Shown: positions 1 to 8,993, counted from the stretch's first letter. The stretch: DNA of 64,000 bases from an uncultured Oscillospiraceae bacterium (GCA_964522425.1 CAZFUT010000003.1:452-64451); one strand, 5' to 3'. Numbers and translations are program-made. The notes: generated from the sequence alone by a model not told the origin.

Positions 1-333
1 GGCGACAGCCAATACAAACAGTTCTTTCACGGTCAATACGGTGCAGACGTCCTCTTCCCTGTTTTCCATGCCCTCTCGGATCATCGCGCCCCCGATCAGC
101 GCCAGCAGGATAAAAGCGATCCAATGGTCAAACGCTTCAATGTAAAGGCGGAATTTGGAGCCGATCAGCCATCCGATCGACGGCATAAAGGCCTGAAACG
201 CGCCGAAAAACAGGGCGATCAGCAGGCATTGCTTCAGGTTTACTCTGCGCATACAAGCGCCCTTGCAAAGCGCAACGGCCAACGCATCCATGGAGAGGCT
301 GACACCGATCATCAAAATTTGTAACAGGGGCAT
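1..333 (-). CDS. mntP: manganese efflux pump MntP (5' part only; gene runs off the left edge)
   Basis: Absent from the ORF track because there is no stop in the window. My own translation from the ATG at 331-333 (GGGAGGAG directly upstream on the minus strand) gives MPLLQILMIGVSLSMDALAVALCKGACMRRVNLKQCLLIALFFGAFQAFMPSIGW... This is the SMDAxAV..KG / F.G.FQ..MP.IGW pattern of the MntP/UPF0059 family. Confidence 0.7.
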   Translation of the reverse strand, partial: MPLLQILMIGVSLSMDALAVALCKGACMRRVNLKQCLLIALFFGAFQAFMPSIGWLIGSKFRLYIEAFDHWIAFILLALIGGAMIREGMENREEDVCTVLTVKELFVLAVA

Positions 334-345
334 GTCTCCTCCCAT

Positions 346-373
346 AAAAAGCGGATGCCGCAAGAGCATCCGC
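346..373 (-). terminator. intrinsic terminator after the PG-binding gene
   Basis: Minus strand reads GCGGATGC-TCTTGCG-GCATCCGC followed by TTTTTAT. That is an 8-bp GC-rich stem with a U-run, 19 nt after the stop at 392. Confidence 0.65.
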
Positions 374-391
374 ATCATTTGCAAACGGATT

Positions 392-1804
392 TTACGAACC
401 GACCGGATAATTCCCCTCAAACAGCACGCGCTGCGTCGCAGGGCCGGCAACGCCGTCTTGCGACAGGCCCTTGTCGCGCTGGAAGCGTGTCACGGCGTCC
501 ACCGTGCCTGCGCCGTACTTGCCGTCAACCGAGGTGGACAGATAGCCCTGATCGCGCAGCGCCTGCTGCAGGTTGCGAACCAAAACGCCGCTGTTGCCTT
601 CGCGCAGCGTCACATATTCGTTGTTCGGCGCGGGCGTTACGTTGATGTAGTTGGCGACGGGCGTCGCCTTGGGAATCGGCGTCACTCTGCCGCTGTTTGG
701 CGCGGACGTTGCCGAGGTGCGCGCAGAGCGCGCGCCGTCGCTGTACAGCTTATTCAGGGTGTTTTCCCCGGCAACGCCGTCGGCAACCAGGCTGTTATTG
801 GCCTGAAAAGCTTTTACGGCGGCTTCCGTGCCCTGACCGAAGTTGCCGTCGATGGTGCCGCTGTAATAGCCCAGCCTGTTCAGGCGCGCCTGCATGTTGC
901 GCACTGAAGCGGAATCCGTCATCCCCTTGCGCAGCGAGGTCCCCACTACGCCGCTGGAAGACGTTGTACGGCGCGCATTGGAAGAATACAACGCTTTTAG
1001 CGTCATGGGGCCGGCAACGCCGTCCGAATAGGAAACGTTGCGCTTCTGAAAAGCGTATACCGCTTTTTCGGTGGCGCTGTCAAATGTGCCTGTGGCTTTG
1101 CCGGTCAGATAACCAAGCTCGATCAAGCGGGCCTGCATGCGCGTCACTTCTCGTCCGGTATCGCCGCGCCGCAGGTAAATGTTTTCGTTGATCTTGGGCG
1201 CCGCCGTAGCCTTGGGCGTAGGCTTTGGTGTCGGCTTGATCTTTTTGGCATTTGCCGAATAAATCCTGTTGAACGTCGCCTTGCCGACCTTGCCGTCGAC
1301 TGTCAGCCCATTTTGGGACTGGAAGCTCTTCACGGCTGTCTCCGTGCCCTTGCCAAAATCACCGTCGGCAGCGCCATGATAATAGCCCAGCTCGCGCAGG
1401 CGCTGCTGCAGTTTACGCACATCCTGCCCCTTGCTGCCCACTTTCAGCACATAGACGGTCGCTGTGGGCGCAGGCGTATTGGTCGGCATCTGCGTTACGA
1501 TGGTAAAGGAAGATGCGGTCGGCGTTACAAACGAGCCGGGCGCGCTGGTATTCCCCCAAGGAAGGGCCGGTGTCTGCGCAGACGCGGAAGGCTGCGGCGT
1601 CAAAATGGACTGTATGGTGCTGCTTGGCGCTTCCGTCGGCGCCGCTTCCGTCGGCACGACCGGAAAAGGCGGCAAATTGCTGGCCTGACCGCCGTTGTTA
1701 TGATTCCCCGCATCGTCGGGGTTGGAAACGCAGCCCGAAAGGCAGAGCGCTGCCGCCAATATCGCTGCTAAGGCCGCATACCGTACGACTCGGTTATATT
1801 TCAT
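392..1804 (-). CDS. secreted/lipoprotein made of four PG_binding_1 (peptidoglycan-binding) repeats
   Basis: 470-aa ORF with a signal peptide and lipobox-like LSGC, plus Pro/Thr/Ala linkers. Four ~65-aa repeats carry the PG_binding_1 signature (e.g. VRKLQQRLRELGYYHGAADGDFGKGTETAVKSFQSQNGLTVDGKVGKAT). No catalytic domain is recognisable. SD GAGGGGG. Confidence 0.8.
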   Translation of the reverse strand: MKYNRVVRYAALAAILAAALCLSGCVSNPDDAGNHNNGGQASNLPPFPVVPTEAAPTEAPSSTIQSILTPQPSASAQTPALPWGNTSAPGSFVTPTASSFTIVTQMPTNTPAPTATVYVLKVGSKGQDVRKLQQRLRELGYYHGAADGDFGKGTETAVKSFQSQNGLTVDGKVGKATFNRIYSANAKKIKPTPKPTPKATAAPKINENIYLRRGDTGREVTRMQARLIELGYLTGKATGTFDSATEKAVYAFQKRNVSYSDGVAGPMTLKALYSSNARRTTSSSGVVGTSLRKGMTDSASVRNMQARLNRLGYYSGTIDGNFGQGTEAAVKAFQANNSLVADGVAGENTLNKLYSDGARSARTSATSAPNSGRVTPIPKATPVANYINVTPAPNNEYVTLREGNSGVLVRNLQQALRDQGYLSTSVDGKYGAGTVDAVTRFQRDKGLSQDGVAGPATQRVLFEGNYPVGS

Positions 1805-1856
1805 GCCGTTTCCCCCTCACTTTGTAACATCCACCTATATAACGGATGGATACAGG

Positions 1857-2465
1857 TTATTCATGCATCATGTCGATGATTTGATCAAAAGATGTATACT
1901 CGATCGCATTCATGCCCTGTGCGCTGGCCGCCAGCACATTTTCTTTGACATCATCCAGAAACAGACATTGTCTGCCTGATAAGCCATACTTTTTTAGCAG
2001 CAGCTGATAGATCAACGCCTCCGGCTTTAAGCAGTGCACATGGCTGGAGATGATTTTGCCGTCCAGCTTTTCAAAAAACGGATTCAGCATCGTCACTTTC
2101 TGAAACGCTTCCGCATGAAAATTGGATAACACATATACGCTCTTGCCCATGGCATGCAGCCGATCCAACGTTTTTGAGGCGGGCAGCGCCTCCATGGTGG
2201 CCGGGAAACCGTTCAGAAATTCCAGAACCTGATCTTCCCTGCCCTGCATTTCCGCATTGCGGCAAATGGCCTGCGCCGCCTCAGCGTTGTTCATATCGCC
2301 GCGATCCAGCATAACCCACTCCGGACCGGATAAGACGAACCGCTGAAACAGCGCGTGATCTTCCGATGGCACCAGCTGATCCAACGCGCGCTGGGGGGCA
2401 AAAGCAAGCAGTACGTTGCCGATATCAAAAACGATATGCGGACAGGCATTTAGCAGGTTGTTCAT
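1857..2465 (-). CDS. HAD-superfamily hydrolase (YihX-like DxGxV motif I)
   Basis: Start trimmed to MNNLL, where GGAGGA lies 7 nt upstream. Motif I is FDIGNVLL (as I recall for E. coli YihX, FDLGNVIV); SNF and LDD motifs are present. 202 aa. Confidence 0.7.
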   Translation of the reverse strand: MNNLLNACPHIVFDIGNVLLAFAPQRALDQLVPSEDHALFQRFVLSGPEWVMLDRGDMNNAEAAQAICRNAEMQGREDQVLEFLNGFPATMEALPASKTLDRLHAMGKSVYVLSNFHAEAFQKVTMLNPFFEKLDGKIISSHVHCLKPEALIYQLLLKKYGLSGRQCLFLDDVKENVLAASAQGMNAIEYTSFDQIIDMMHE

Positions 2466-2555
2466 CCCGTATCCTCCACAATGGAAGAATACCATAAACA
2501 GTTTGCATATTCAATCCTTTTCGCCGTAAAAGCTATTGACTGCTGCAAGAAGCAC

Positions 2556-2583
2556 TGGACAAAGATAAGGTTTGCTGTATAAT
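2556..2583 (+). promoter_or_regulatory. sigma-70-type promoter for the DUF4956/VTC pair
   Basis: TGGACA (2556-2561), 16-nt spacer, TATAAT (2578-2583), about 30 nt before the GGAGG/ATG at 2616. Confidence 0.45.
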
Positions 2584-2615
2584 AGGATGGAATTTATGTG
2601 CATGGAGGCATTTGA

Positions 2616-3323
2616 ATGATTTTGCTCGCTCAGGTCGCTCAGGAAGTTATCACCAATAAACAGCAGCTGATTGCCAGCAACTGGTGGGAAGAGCAGTTCA
2701 GCCAGTTCCGCCCCATGGATATTTTGCTGGTGCTGCTGTTTGCATTGGCTGCCAGCATCATCATTTCGCTGGTATATAAAAAGACGTATCGCGGCGTACT
2801 TTACAATCCCTCTTTTTCCGTTACCCTGATCATGCTGACGATGGTCACCTCTTCCGTCGTCATGGCGATCGGCACAAACGTCGCCCTGTCCATGGGCATG
2901 GTGGGCGCGCTTTCCATTGTGCGTTTCAGAACTGCCGTCAAGGATTCCATCGACACCGCCTATATGTTCTGGGCCATTACCATGGGCATATTTATAGGCT
3001 CCAAATACTACCTGCCGGCGCTGATCGCGCTGGGCGGCATCGCCATGGTGATGCTGGCTATATCCTTTGCCCGCCTGCGCACCAGCGAAAGCTATCTGCT
3101 GGTGGTGCATTTTGACCCCATCGCCGAGCAGGAAATCGATGCCGAGCTGCATCGCAGTGTCAAGCATTACCGTGTGCGCTCCAAGACCGTCACACGTTCC
3201 GGCGCTGAAATGACGGTTGAAATGCAGCTTAGCCAGCGTTCCGATGTGGTCAGCCACGTGCTGGATATTGCGGGCGTACATGATGCAACGCTTGTTTCCT
3301 GCCAGAATGAAGCTGCTTTCTGA
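2616..3323 (+). CDS. DUF4956-domain membrane protein (VTC-associated)
   Basis: 235-aa polytopic ORF with the family-typical ALSIVRFRTAVKDSIDTAYMFW segment. It sits immediately upstream of a VTC-domain gene, which is the usual pairing. Confidence 0.6.
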   Translation: MILLAQVAQEVITNKQQLIASNWWEEQFSQFRPMDILLVLLFALAASIIISLVYKKTYRGVLYNPSFSVTLIMLTMVTSSVVMAIGTNVALSMGMVGALSIVRFRTAVKDSIDTAYMFWAITMGIFIGSKYYLPALIALGGIAMVMLAISFARLRTSESYLLVVHFDPIAEQEIDAELHRSVKHYRVRSKTVTRSGAEMTVEMQLSQRSDVVSHVLDIAGVHDATLVSCQNEAAF

Positions 3324-3331
3324 GGCTGCGT

Positions 3332-4033
3332 ATGCCCATCAATCTCCGACATGAGCAAAAATACTACATCAGCAAGGCGCAGTATCAGGTGCTGTCACGG
3401 CTGTTGATGCACACCCTTCATCCCGATCCGAACGCCGATGAAAACAATGAGTATCACATCCGCTCCCTTTATTTTGATACGCTGTATGATACTGCGTTCC
3501 ATGATAAAATCAGCGGCGTCAGCAACCGGGACAAGTACCGTATCCGCATTTACAACCTGTCGGATCGTATGATCCGTATGGAGTGCAAAAGCAAGTACGA
3601 TGTATACATTTCCAAGCGTTCCGAGCGCATTTCACGCGACGTGGCCGATCAGATGATTGCCGGCGACCCGACGGGGCTTGAAAACACATCCTCCGGTCTT
3701 CTGCGCGACGTGTACAGAGAAATGCGGCTGCACCTGTTGAGGCCGGCCGTCGTTGTGGACTATGTGCGGGAAGCATACCTGCACCCCGCCGAGGATATTC
3801 GGATCACATTCGATAAGCAGCTGCGAACGGGGCTGTTTTCCGACGATATGTTTAACCCTGCCTTGCCGACCCTGCCGGTATTCCCGCGTGATGAAATGAT
3901 ACTGGAAGTCAAGTTCAACCGCGTTCTGCCAGGTTATATCAGCGATATGCTGTCCAGCGCCGCCGGCTGGTCCACAAGGAGCGCCATTTCCAAGTATTGC
4001 ATCTGCCGGGCTTACGAGAACAAGGACGCATAA
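3332..4033 (+). CDS. VTC-domain (polyphosphate-polymerase-like, CYTH/TTM fold) protein
   Basis: 233 aa. Contains RHEQKYYIS...HIRSLYFDT...DKYRIRIYN...LEVKF, the alternating charged beta-strand pattern of the bacterial VTC / polyphosphate polymerase domain family. Confidence 0.65.
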   Translation: MPINLRHEQKYYISKAQYQVLSRLLMHTLHPDPNADENNEYHIRSLYFDTLYDTAFHDKISGVSNRDKYRIRIYNLSDRMIRMECKSKYDVYISKRSERISRDVADQMIAGDPTGLENTSSGLLRDVYREMRLHLLRPAVVVDYVREAYLHPAEDIRITFDKQLRTGLFSDDMFNPALPTLPVFPRDEMILEVKFNRVLPGYISDMLSSAAGWSTRSAISKYCICRAYENKDA

Positions 4034-4035
4034 TT

Positions 4036-5202
4036 TCAGCCCGGCAGATTTTCTTTGGCCCTGCGCTCCGATACCGCTTTCTTGTAGAAGGCGGATTTTT
4101 TTGTGTCGCCCACCATCGCCGCGCCGGCCAGCAATCCGTTCCGGAACCACAGCTTTTCCAACTCGGTTTCTGTTTTTACAAGGGTCACCGTCTCATAATC
4201 GCCTTGGCCATACCCCGCATCCCCGACAACACACAGCGATGTTTCATATCCGTTGAACAGCATGGGATTCGCTTGCGCTTCAAACGCTCGCCTGTCCCCC
4301 GCCGCATTCCGGCCCGCCGTTTGGCCCATCTGGCCCGACGGCTGCCACAGGCCGAATACCCGCCCGTTCAATTCCGCACAGTCGCCGCAGGCATAGATAT
4401 GCTCAACGCCCGTTTCCATATATTCATTGACCTGTATGGCCCTGCCGATACCAATGCCCGGTATGGTTTTGGCAAGCCCGGTAGCGCTTACAATACCGGT
4501 CGATATCATCACCATATCGGCGGGGATCTCCGTTCCGTTCAGCAGAATAACGCCCTTTTCTGTAATTTCCTTTGCGCCGGAGGACGTTAAAAATCTTGTT
4601 CCATGGCTTTCGATGGCGCTGAGCATCAAAGCCGAAGCGTCTTGATCCAGTTGGCGCTGCATCACGCGCTCCCCCTGCTCGATCACAGAAACCGCAATGC
4701 CATACCGGGTTAACGACCACGCAATTTCAAGGCCCAGCACGCCCCCGCCGATCACCGCGGCGTGCCGGACTGCGGGAAGGCGGTCTTTGATGCGCCGTAC
4801 ATCTTTGGTCGTTCTGACGGTGAATACATGGCTCTGATCAGCCCCCGGAATGGGCGGAACAAAACATGATGCGCCGGCAGCGAATATCAGCTTATCAAAA
4901 ATAATGGTCTCGCCGTTCATGGCAGCCGCCGAGTGTTTTTGCGGATCGATGGAAAGGATTTTCAGCCCGGTGCGAATATCGATCTTTTTTTCCTGATACC
5001 AGCTTTCCTTTTTGATCAGCAGCTTATCCCGCGGGATGTCCTGCTCCAACAGCTTGGTCAGCATGGGCCGGTTATAGGGAAGCTCCTCTTCACCGGCAGC
5101 AATCATAACACGTCCTTCCGCGTCCATGCTGCGAATGGCCTGCGCGGCGCTTTGCCCCGCCGTACCGCCGCCGATGATCAAATATCGAACCTGTGTTTCC
5201 AT
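4036..5202 (-). CDS. NAD(P)/FAD-dependent pyridine-nucleotide-disulfide-family oxidoreductase (rubredoxin/ferredoxin-reductase-like)
   Basis: Start trimmed to METQVRYLIIGGGTAGQSAA (GAGAGGGG SD). Second Rossmann motif AAVIGGGVLGLE, and YACGDCA near the C-terminus. The upstream 124 codons of the track ORF overlap the rlmD promoter and start. Confidence 0.8.
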   Translation of the reverse strand: METQVRYLIIGGGTAGQSAAQAIRSMDAEGRVMIAAGEEELPYNRPMLTKLLEQDIPRDKLLIKKESWYQEKKIDIRTGLKILSIDPQKHSAAAMNGETIIFDKLIFAAGASCFVPPIPGADQSHVFTVRTTKDVRRIKDRLPAVRHAAVIGGGVLGLEIAWSLTRYGIAVSVIEQGERVMQRQLDQDASALMLSAIESHGTRFLTSSGAKEITEKGVILLNGTEIPADMVMISTGIVSATGLAKTIPGIGIGRAIQVNEYMETGVEHIYACGDCAELNGRVFGLWQPSGQMGQTAGRNAAGDRRAFEAQANPMLFNGYETSLCVVGDAGYGQGDYETVTLVKTETELEKLWFRNGLLAGAAMVGDTKKSAFYKKAVSERRAKENLPG

Positions 5203-5319
5203 GTATTTCACCCCTCTCAAGCATTTAACAGTATACCAGCTTTTAAGACATATACAAGTATCTGCTTGTGTATCTGATAGGTTTCCTGTATCATGGTCCC
5301 GACGATGGGAGGCAGTACG

Positions 5320-6669
5320 ATGCTGAAGAAAAACGACCGGGTAACCCTGCAAATTGAGGGAATGGGCAGCGAGGCGGAAGGCATCGCGCGCTTGGATGAG
5401 TTCGTTATCTTTATCCCGTTTGCCCTCCCCGGCGAAACGGTCGACGCGCTGATCGTCAGCATCAAAAAAAATTACGCGTTTGCCAAACTGATGCGCGTGC
5501 TTACGGAGAGCCCGCAGCGTATTTCGCCCGCCTGCCCCCACTACGGGCGCTGCGGCGGATGCTCCTGCCAGCATATGCTGTACGAAGCGTCACTGGCTTT
5601 CAAGCGGCAAACAGTCATGGACTGTTTTCGAAAGATCGCCAAATGCGACGTGAACGTACCGGAAACGCTGGGCATGGCTCCGCCATGGCGTTATCGCAAT
5701 AAAACGGCAGCGCCCGTTCAAATGCTGGACGGCGTCCCTGTATCCGGGTTTTATGCGCAGCGCAGCCATCGTCTCATTCCCGTTGAAGACTGCCCCATCT
5801 CCATGCCCCAAAGCACCATAATCAACAAGGCTGTCCTTTCGTGGATGCGCGCCCACAGTATCACCGCCTACAATGAGGAAACGCACCGTGGCCTTATCCG
5901 GCACATTGTGTCGCGGACAAACCGTATGGGTGAAAGCATGGTGCTGCTGGTTATCAGCGAAAACAAGCTGCCCGGCGCCGATGCGCTCGTCGCTTCCTTA
6001 CAGGGGTGCGGCGCGAACGTTGTAACGGCGGCCTATTCGGTCAACACCAGGCCGGATAACACAATCCTTGGCACTTCCTGCCATACGCTCTTTGGCGACG
6101 GATATCTGTACGAAGTGCTGCTGGGGCTCACTTTCCGTATTTCACCGCTGTCCTTCTTTCAGGTCAATTCCCTTCAGACCGAGAGACTTTACGCAAAGGC
6201 CATTGAGCTGTGCGCCCTAAAAGGCGATGAAACGGTCGCCGATGTATACTGCGGCGCAGGCACCATCACCCTTTCCTTTGCGCGGCATGTACGGCATATG
6301 ACCGGTATTGAAGTCGTGCAGCCCGCCATTGAGGACGCCATGCGGAACGCTGAACTGAACGGCATCCAAAACGCCGATTTTGTATGCGCCAAAGCGGAAG
6401 AGCGGCTGCCAAAGATGATCCAAAACGGTTTTCGCCCCGATGTTGTTATATTAGACCCGCCGCGAAAGGGCGCGGCGCCCGAAGTGTTAAACGCCATTGC
6501 CGAATGCAATATCCCCAAAGTTGTCTACATCAGCTGCCATCCCGCAACGCAGGCGCGTGACGCCGGTATGCTGGTGCGTGGCGCAGGATACCATATTGCC
6601 GCATGCCAGCCTGTCGATATGTTCTGCCAGACGTCCGGCATCGAAAACATCATCCTGCTGCAAAAGTAG
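5320..6669 (+). CDS. rlmD: 23S rRNA (uracil-C5)-methyltransferase, RumA/RlmD family
   Basis: TRAM-like N-terminus; Fe-S cysteines (SPAC...CGGCSCQHM...EDCPI); SAM motif DVYCGAGTI; catalytic ISCHPAT. Start chosen at MLKKNDR, with GGGAGG 7 nt upstream. Confidence 0.85.
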   Translation: MLKKNDRVTLQIEGMGSEAEGIARLDEFVIFIPFALPGETVDALIVSIKKNYAFAKLMRVLTESPQRISPACPHYGRCGGCSCQHMLYEASLAFKRQTVMDCFRKIAKCDVNVPETLGMAPPWRYRNKTAAPVQMLDGVPVSGFYAQRSHRLIPVEDCPISMPQSTIINKAVLSWMRAHSITAYNEETHRGLIRHIVSRTNRMGESMVLLVISENKLPGADALVASLQGCGANVVTAAYSVNTRPDNTILGTSCHTLFGDGYLYEVLLGLTFRISPLSFFQVNSLQTERLYAKAIELCALKGDETVADVYCGAGTITLSFARHVRHMTGIEVVQPAIEDAMRNAELNGIQNADFVCAKAEERLPKMIQNGFRPDVVILDPPRKGAAPEVLNAIAECNIPKVVYISCHPATQARDAGMLVRGAGYHIAACQPVDMFCQTSGIENIILLQK

Positions 6670-6670
6670 A

Positions 6671-7591
6671 TCATGTCATGGTGATGGTGTTCAGGTCGTT
6701 GACGCTGCTTTCCTCCTGCCCGACCAGACCGACAAGCATATATTGCCCGCTGAGCGCATCGCGCTTAAACTCCTTGAGCACCCTGAAGTTCATCACCTTG
6801 CTTGTTCGGGTCACGTGCATACGGGGGCCGGTGCACTTGTGCAGTATATCCCCGATCCTGATGTGCGTATCATCCGCGTAGCTGATGGGCAGATCGTCTG
6901 CGATCATCGCACGAACACTCTTTTCCAGATCGTCCAGATCAATATCCGGTTTTTGCGAAAACTTCAGCAAAAAGCCATGCCGTACGTCGCCGTGCGCATA
7001 CTCAATATCAGGCTTCAAATGGCTGTGCAGATAGTGCTCCGTCATATCCTCGGCGGAATGCGCCATACGGCGGTATTGGTTGGATTTGGTGACAATGCGC
7101 GCAAGATCATCAGGCTCCGGCCCAAACAGCGTGGGGCGCGTTACAATGATCTCTTCGCCGATGCCCACCAGCAGCTCCGCGTTGATGCCGATGATGGGAT
7201 AAATCAGTTCAAAATGCTCCACAACCACCCTTCTGCCCTTTTTTACCGCGCTTTTGATGGCGTCCGCCAGCACATGCATCTGCGTGAAGGCAGACTCAAA
7301 GCGGATATCCAAATGATAGGTATGAGGCTGGTAGAAGCCTTCCTCATCGACATCGAGCAGCGGCAGCGGACGCACATTGACGCCGTCGTCATCATTGGTC
7401 AGCTCCAGCCCCGGGAACATTCCCTTAATGATGAGGCTTTTTCCCGAGCCCGCTTCTCCGATGATGCCGATCAGCCTGTCAAAGGCCGTCAAATGCTGCT
7501 GCGCGATCTGCGCGCCCATGCTTGTCATGCGCACATAGCCGCGCGGGGCAAAGTATACGCTGTACAATGGGTTGATCTGTGCAGTAAACAT
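6671..7591 (-). CDS. conserved hypothetical P-loop protein with a C-terminal tRNA-SAD-like motif
   Basis: 306 aa. Walker A GIIGEAGSGKS. The C-terminal KCTGPRMHVTRTSKVMNFRVLK resembles the CGGTHV..T.EIG.F.I motif of the AlaRS/AlaX second additional domain. I recall such proteins being annotated as 'alanine-tRNA synthetase second additional domain protein', but that is memory only. SD GGGAGGG. Confidence 0.5.
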   Translation of the reverse strand: MFTAQINPLYSVYFAPRGYVRMTSMGAQIAQQHLTAFDRLIGIIGEAGSGKSLIIKGMFPGLELTNDDDGVNVRPLPLLDVDEEGFYQPHTYHLDIRFESAFTQMHVLADAIKSAVKKGRRVVVEHFELIYPIIGINAELLVGIGEEIIVTRPTLFGPEPDDLARIVTKSNQYRRMAHSAEDMTEHYLHSHLKPDIEYAHGDVRHGFLLKFSQKPDIDLDDLEKSVRAMIADDLPISYADDTHIRIGDILHKCTGPRMHVTRTSKVMNFRVLKEFKRDALSGQYMLVGLVGQEESSVNDLNTITMT

Positions 7592-7630
7592 GATGCCCTC
7601 CCTGTGCTTTTGCTTATATTCTATCGTTTC

Positions 7631-7659
7631 ATTTTACACGAACCGCCGATAAAAGGCAA
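7631..7659 (-). promoter_or_regulatory. candidate promoter of the P-loop gene
   Basis: Minus strand: TTGCCT, 17 nt, TAAAAT. It lies between the mal terminator hairpin and the SD. Confidence 0.4.
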
Positions 7660-7668
7660 AACAATCTT

Positions 7669-7716
7669 GATACAACAAACCGCAACGCTGCTTTCTGCGC
7701 TGCGGTTTGTTGTATC
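7669..7716 (-). terminator. long hairpin terminating the glm-mal operon
   Basis: GATACAACAAACCGCA ... TGCGGTTTGTTGTATC, a perfect 16-bp stem plus inner GC pairs, 27 nt after the mal stop. It is followed on the minus strand by the T-rich AAGATTGTTTTGCCTTTTA, which is not a clean U-run. Confidence 0.6.
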
Positions 7717-7742
7717 AGGCAGCGATACGCTGCCGCATGAAA

Positions 7743-8993
7743 TTACTTGATGCCTACGCCGGCGGCGCGAAGCGCCAGGATACGGTTCATCTCGTTGAAC
7801 ACGATCATATAGCCCTCATCCACGCCCATGCCGGGTTTGGCAAGAATCTGGGCCGCATGGGTCGCCATGGCGCAATGGATGCAGACCTGCGCGGAACGGT
7901 CGGTCTCGTTGCAGGTACCGCCCTGATACGCGCCGATGCCCTTCCGCTTGCAGTACAGCACCGCTTCCACGGTATTGTGTACGCTGCCCAGGTCGGGCGT
8001 TTTGATCTGCACCATGTGGCCGGCCTTGTTGTCGGCAAAGTATACGATATCTTCATAGGTGTTGCACCATTCGTCGGCAACCAGTTCCACGTCGATGCCG
8101 CGGGCATCCACTTCGGCGCGCAGGCCTCGCAGGTCCCGCATCTGGGCCTCACGGCCGTCGGAATCCATGGGGCCTTCAATGCGCAGATGGAAGGGCCTGG
8201 CAGCTTCCACGAGGGTAGCCAGATAATCCGCCATTTCTTTATAGTTGGAGTTCCCGAAAACCAGACCGATGGTGCCGTAGCAGTCGATATGCAGGATGGG
8301 ATGATATCCCTCGTACGGCGCAAACTGAAGGATGCGGTCATGCAGCCACTTCACATATTCAAGCAGCTTTTCGCCCTTTTCGCCCAGCTTGGCTACGCTG
8401 TTGAACAGGCCGTGCGGCAGCACCTGCGCGCCCTTCATGATCATCTTGTCGGCATTGTTATACCGATCGTCACCGGACTGGGTGAAGATGGGCAGCATGA
8501 CATCCTGTACCTTTTCGCCATACTCATCCGCCACCACATCACACATGTTCAGTTTACGGGCCTTGGCAACGGCGTCCAGAATGGCCTGCGATACGCCGTA
8601 GCGGATGGCGGTGTGCAGGCGCTTGCCGCCCACTTCCATGGTGTCGATATCGGCGGCCAAACGCTTAAAGCTGTCCGCTTCCTGGCCGACCAGATGCTTG
8701 GCCACATCGTTTTCGATGATCGGGATAAAGGTTTCGGCAAGGAACAGCGGGTCGCGTCCGCCCGCGCCGGAGTACTGCACGGCAGCGCAGTCGCCCCAGC
8801 CGATCTCCCCGTTTTCCAGCACCAGCATCACGGAGATCGCTTCGCCAGCCTGGCGAATGCTGGTAAAGCCGGGCGTTACGGGCTGACCGATGTACATCGT
8901 ACCGTCGGACCTGGCGCCCATCTTGATGGCCTTCTGGTCGTCAAAGTAGAAGCCGGTTCTGCCTTTCGCGCATACAACCTTTGTAATTTTCAT
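7743..8993 (-). CDS. mal: 3-methylaspartate ammonia-lyase
   Basis: 416 aa, near-collinear with my recollection of Clostridium tetanomorphum MAL: MKI..V.C..G.TGFYFDDQ.AIK, GDCAAVQYSGAGGRDPLF, RLHTAIRYG..QAILDAVAK, PFHLRIEGPMD, ELVADEWCNT, KAGHMVQIKTPDLG, GGTCNET.RSA, AKPGMGVDEG. Confidence 0.95.
   Translation of the reverse strand: MKITKVVCAKGRTGFYFDDQKAIKMGARSDGTMYIGQPVTPGFTSIRQAGEAISVMLVLENGEIGWGDCAAVQYSGAGGRDPLFLAETFIPIIENDVAKHLVGQEADSFKRLAADIDTMEVGGKRLHTAIRYGVSQAILDAVAKARKLNMCDVVADEYGEKVQDVMLPIFTQSGDDRYNNADKMIMKGAQVLPHGLFNSVAKLGEKGEKLLEYVKWLHDRILQFAPYEGYHPILHIDCYGTIGLVFGNSNYKEMADYLATLVEAARPFHLRIEGPMDSDGREAQMRDLRGLRAEVDARGIDVELVADEWCNTYEDIVYFADNKAGHMVQIKTPDLGSVHNTVEAVLYCKRKGIGAYQGGTCNETDRSAQVCIHCAMATHAAQILAKPGMGVDEGYMIVFNEMNRILALRAAGVGIK

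Noticed and set aside
334-391. A yybP-ykoY manganese riboswitch was expected upstream of mntP.
   Set aside because: Only 58 nt separate the mntP start from the upstream gene's stop. That space is occupied by the upstream gene's terminator hairpin, which is too short for the riboswitch, and I saw no conserved motif.
5203-5574. The 124-codon N-terminal extension of track ORF 4036-5574. Similar upstream extensions occur at 15834-16643 (nfeD), 10470-11990 (glmL), 61906-63066 (nanA), 63117-63983, 43360-44298 and 22432-24561.
   Set aside because: In every case an internal Met preceded by a good SD begins the conserved family sequence. The extension overlaps a neighbouring gene or promoter.
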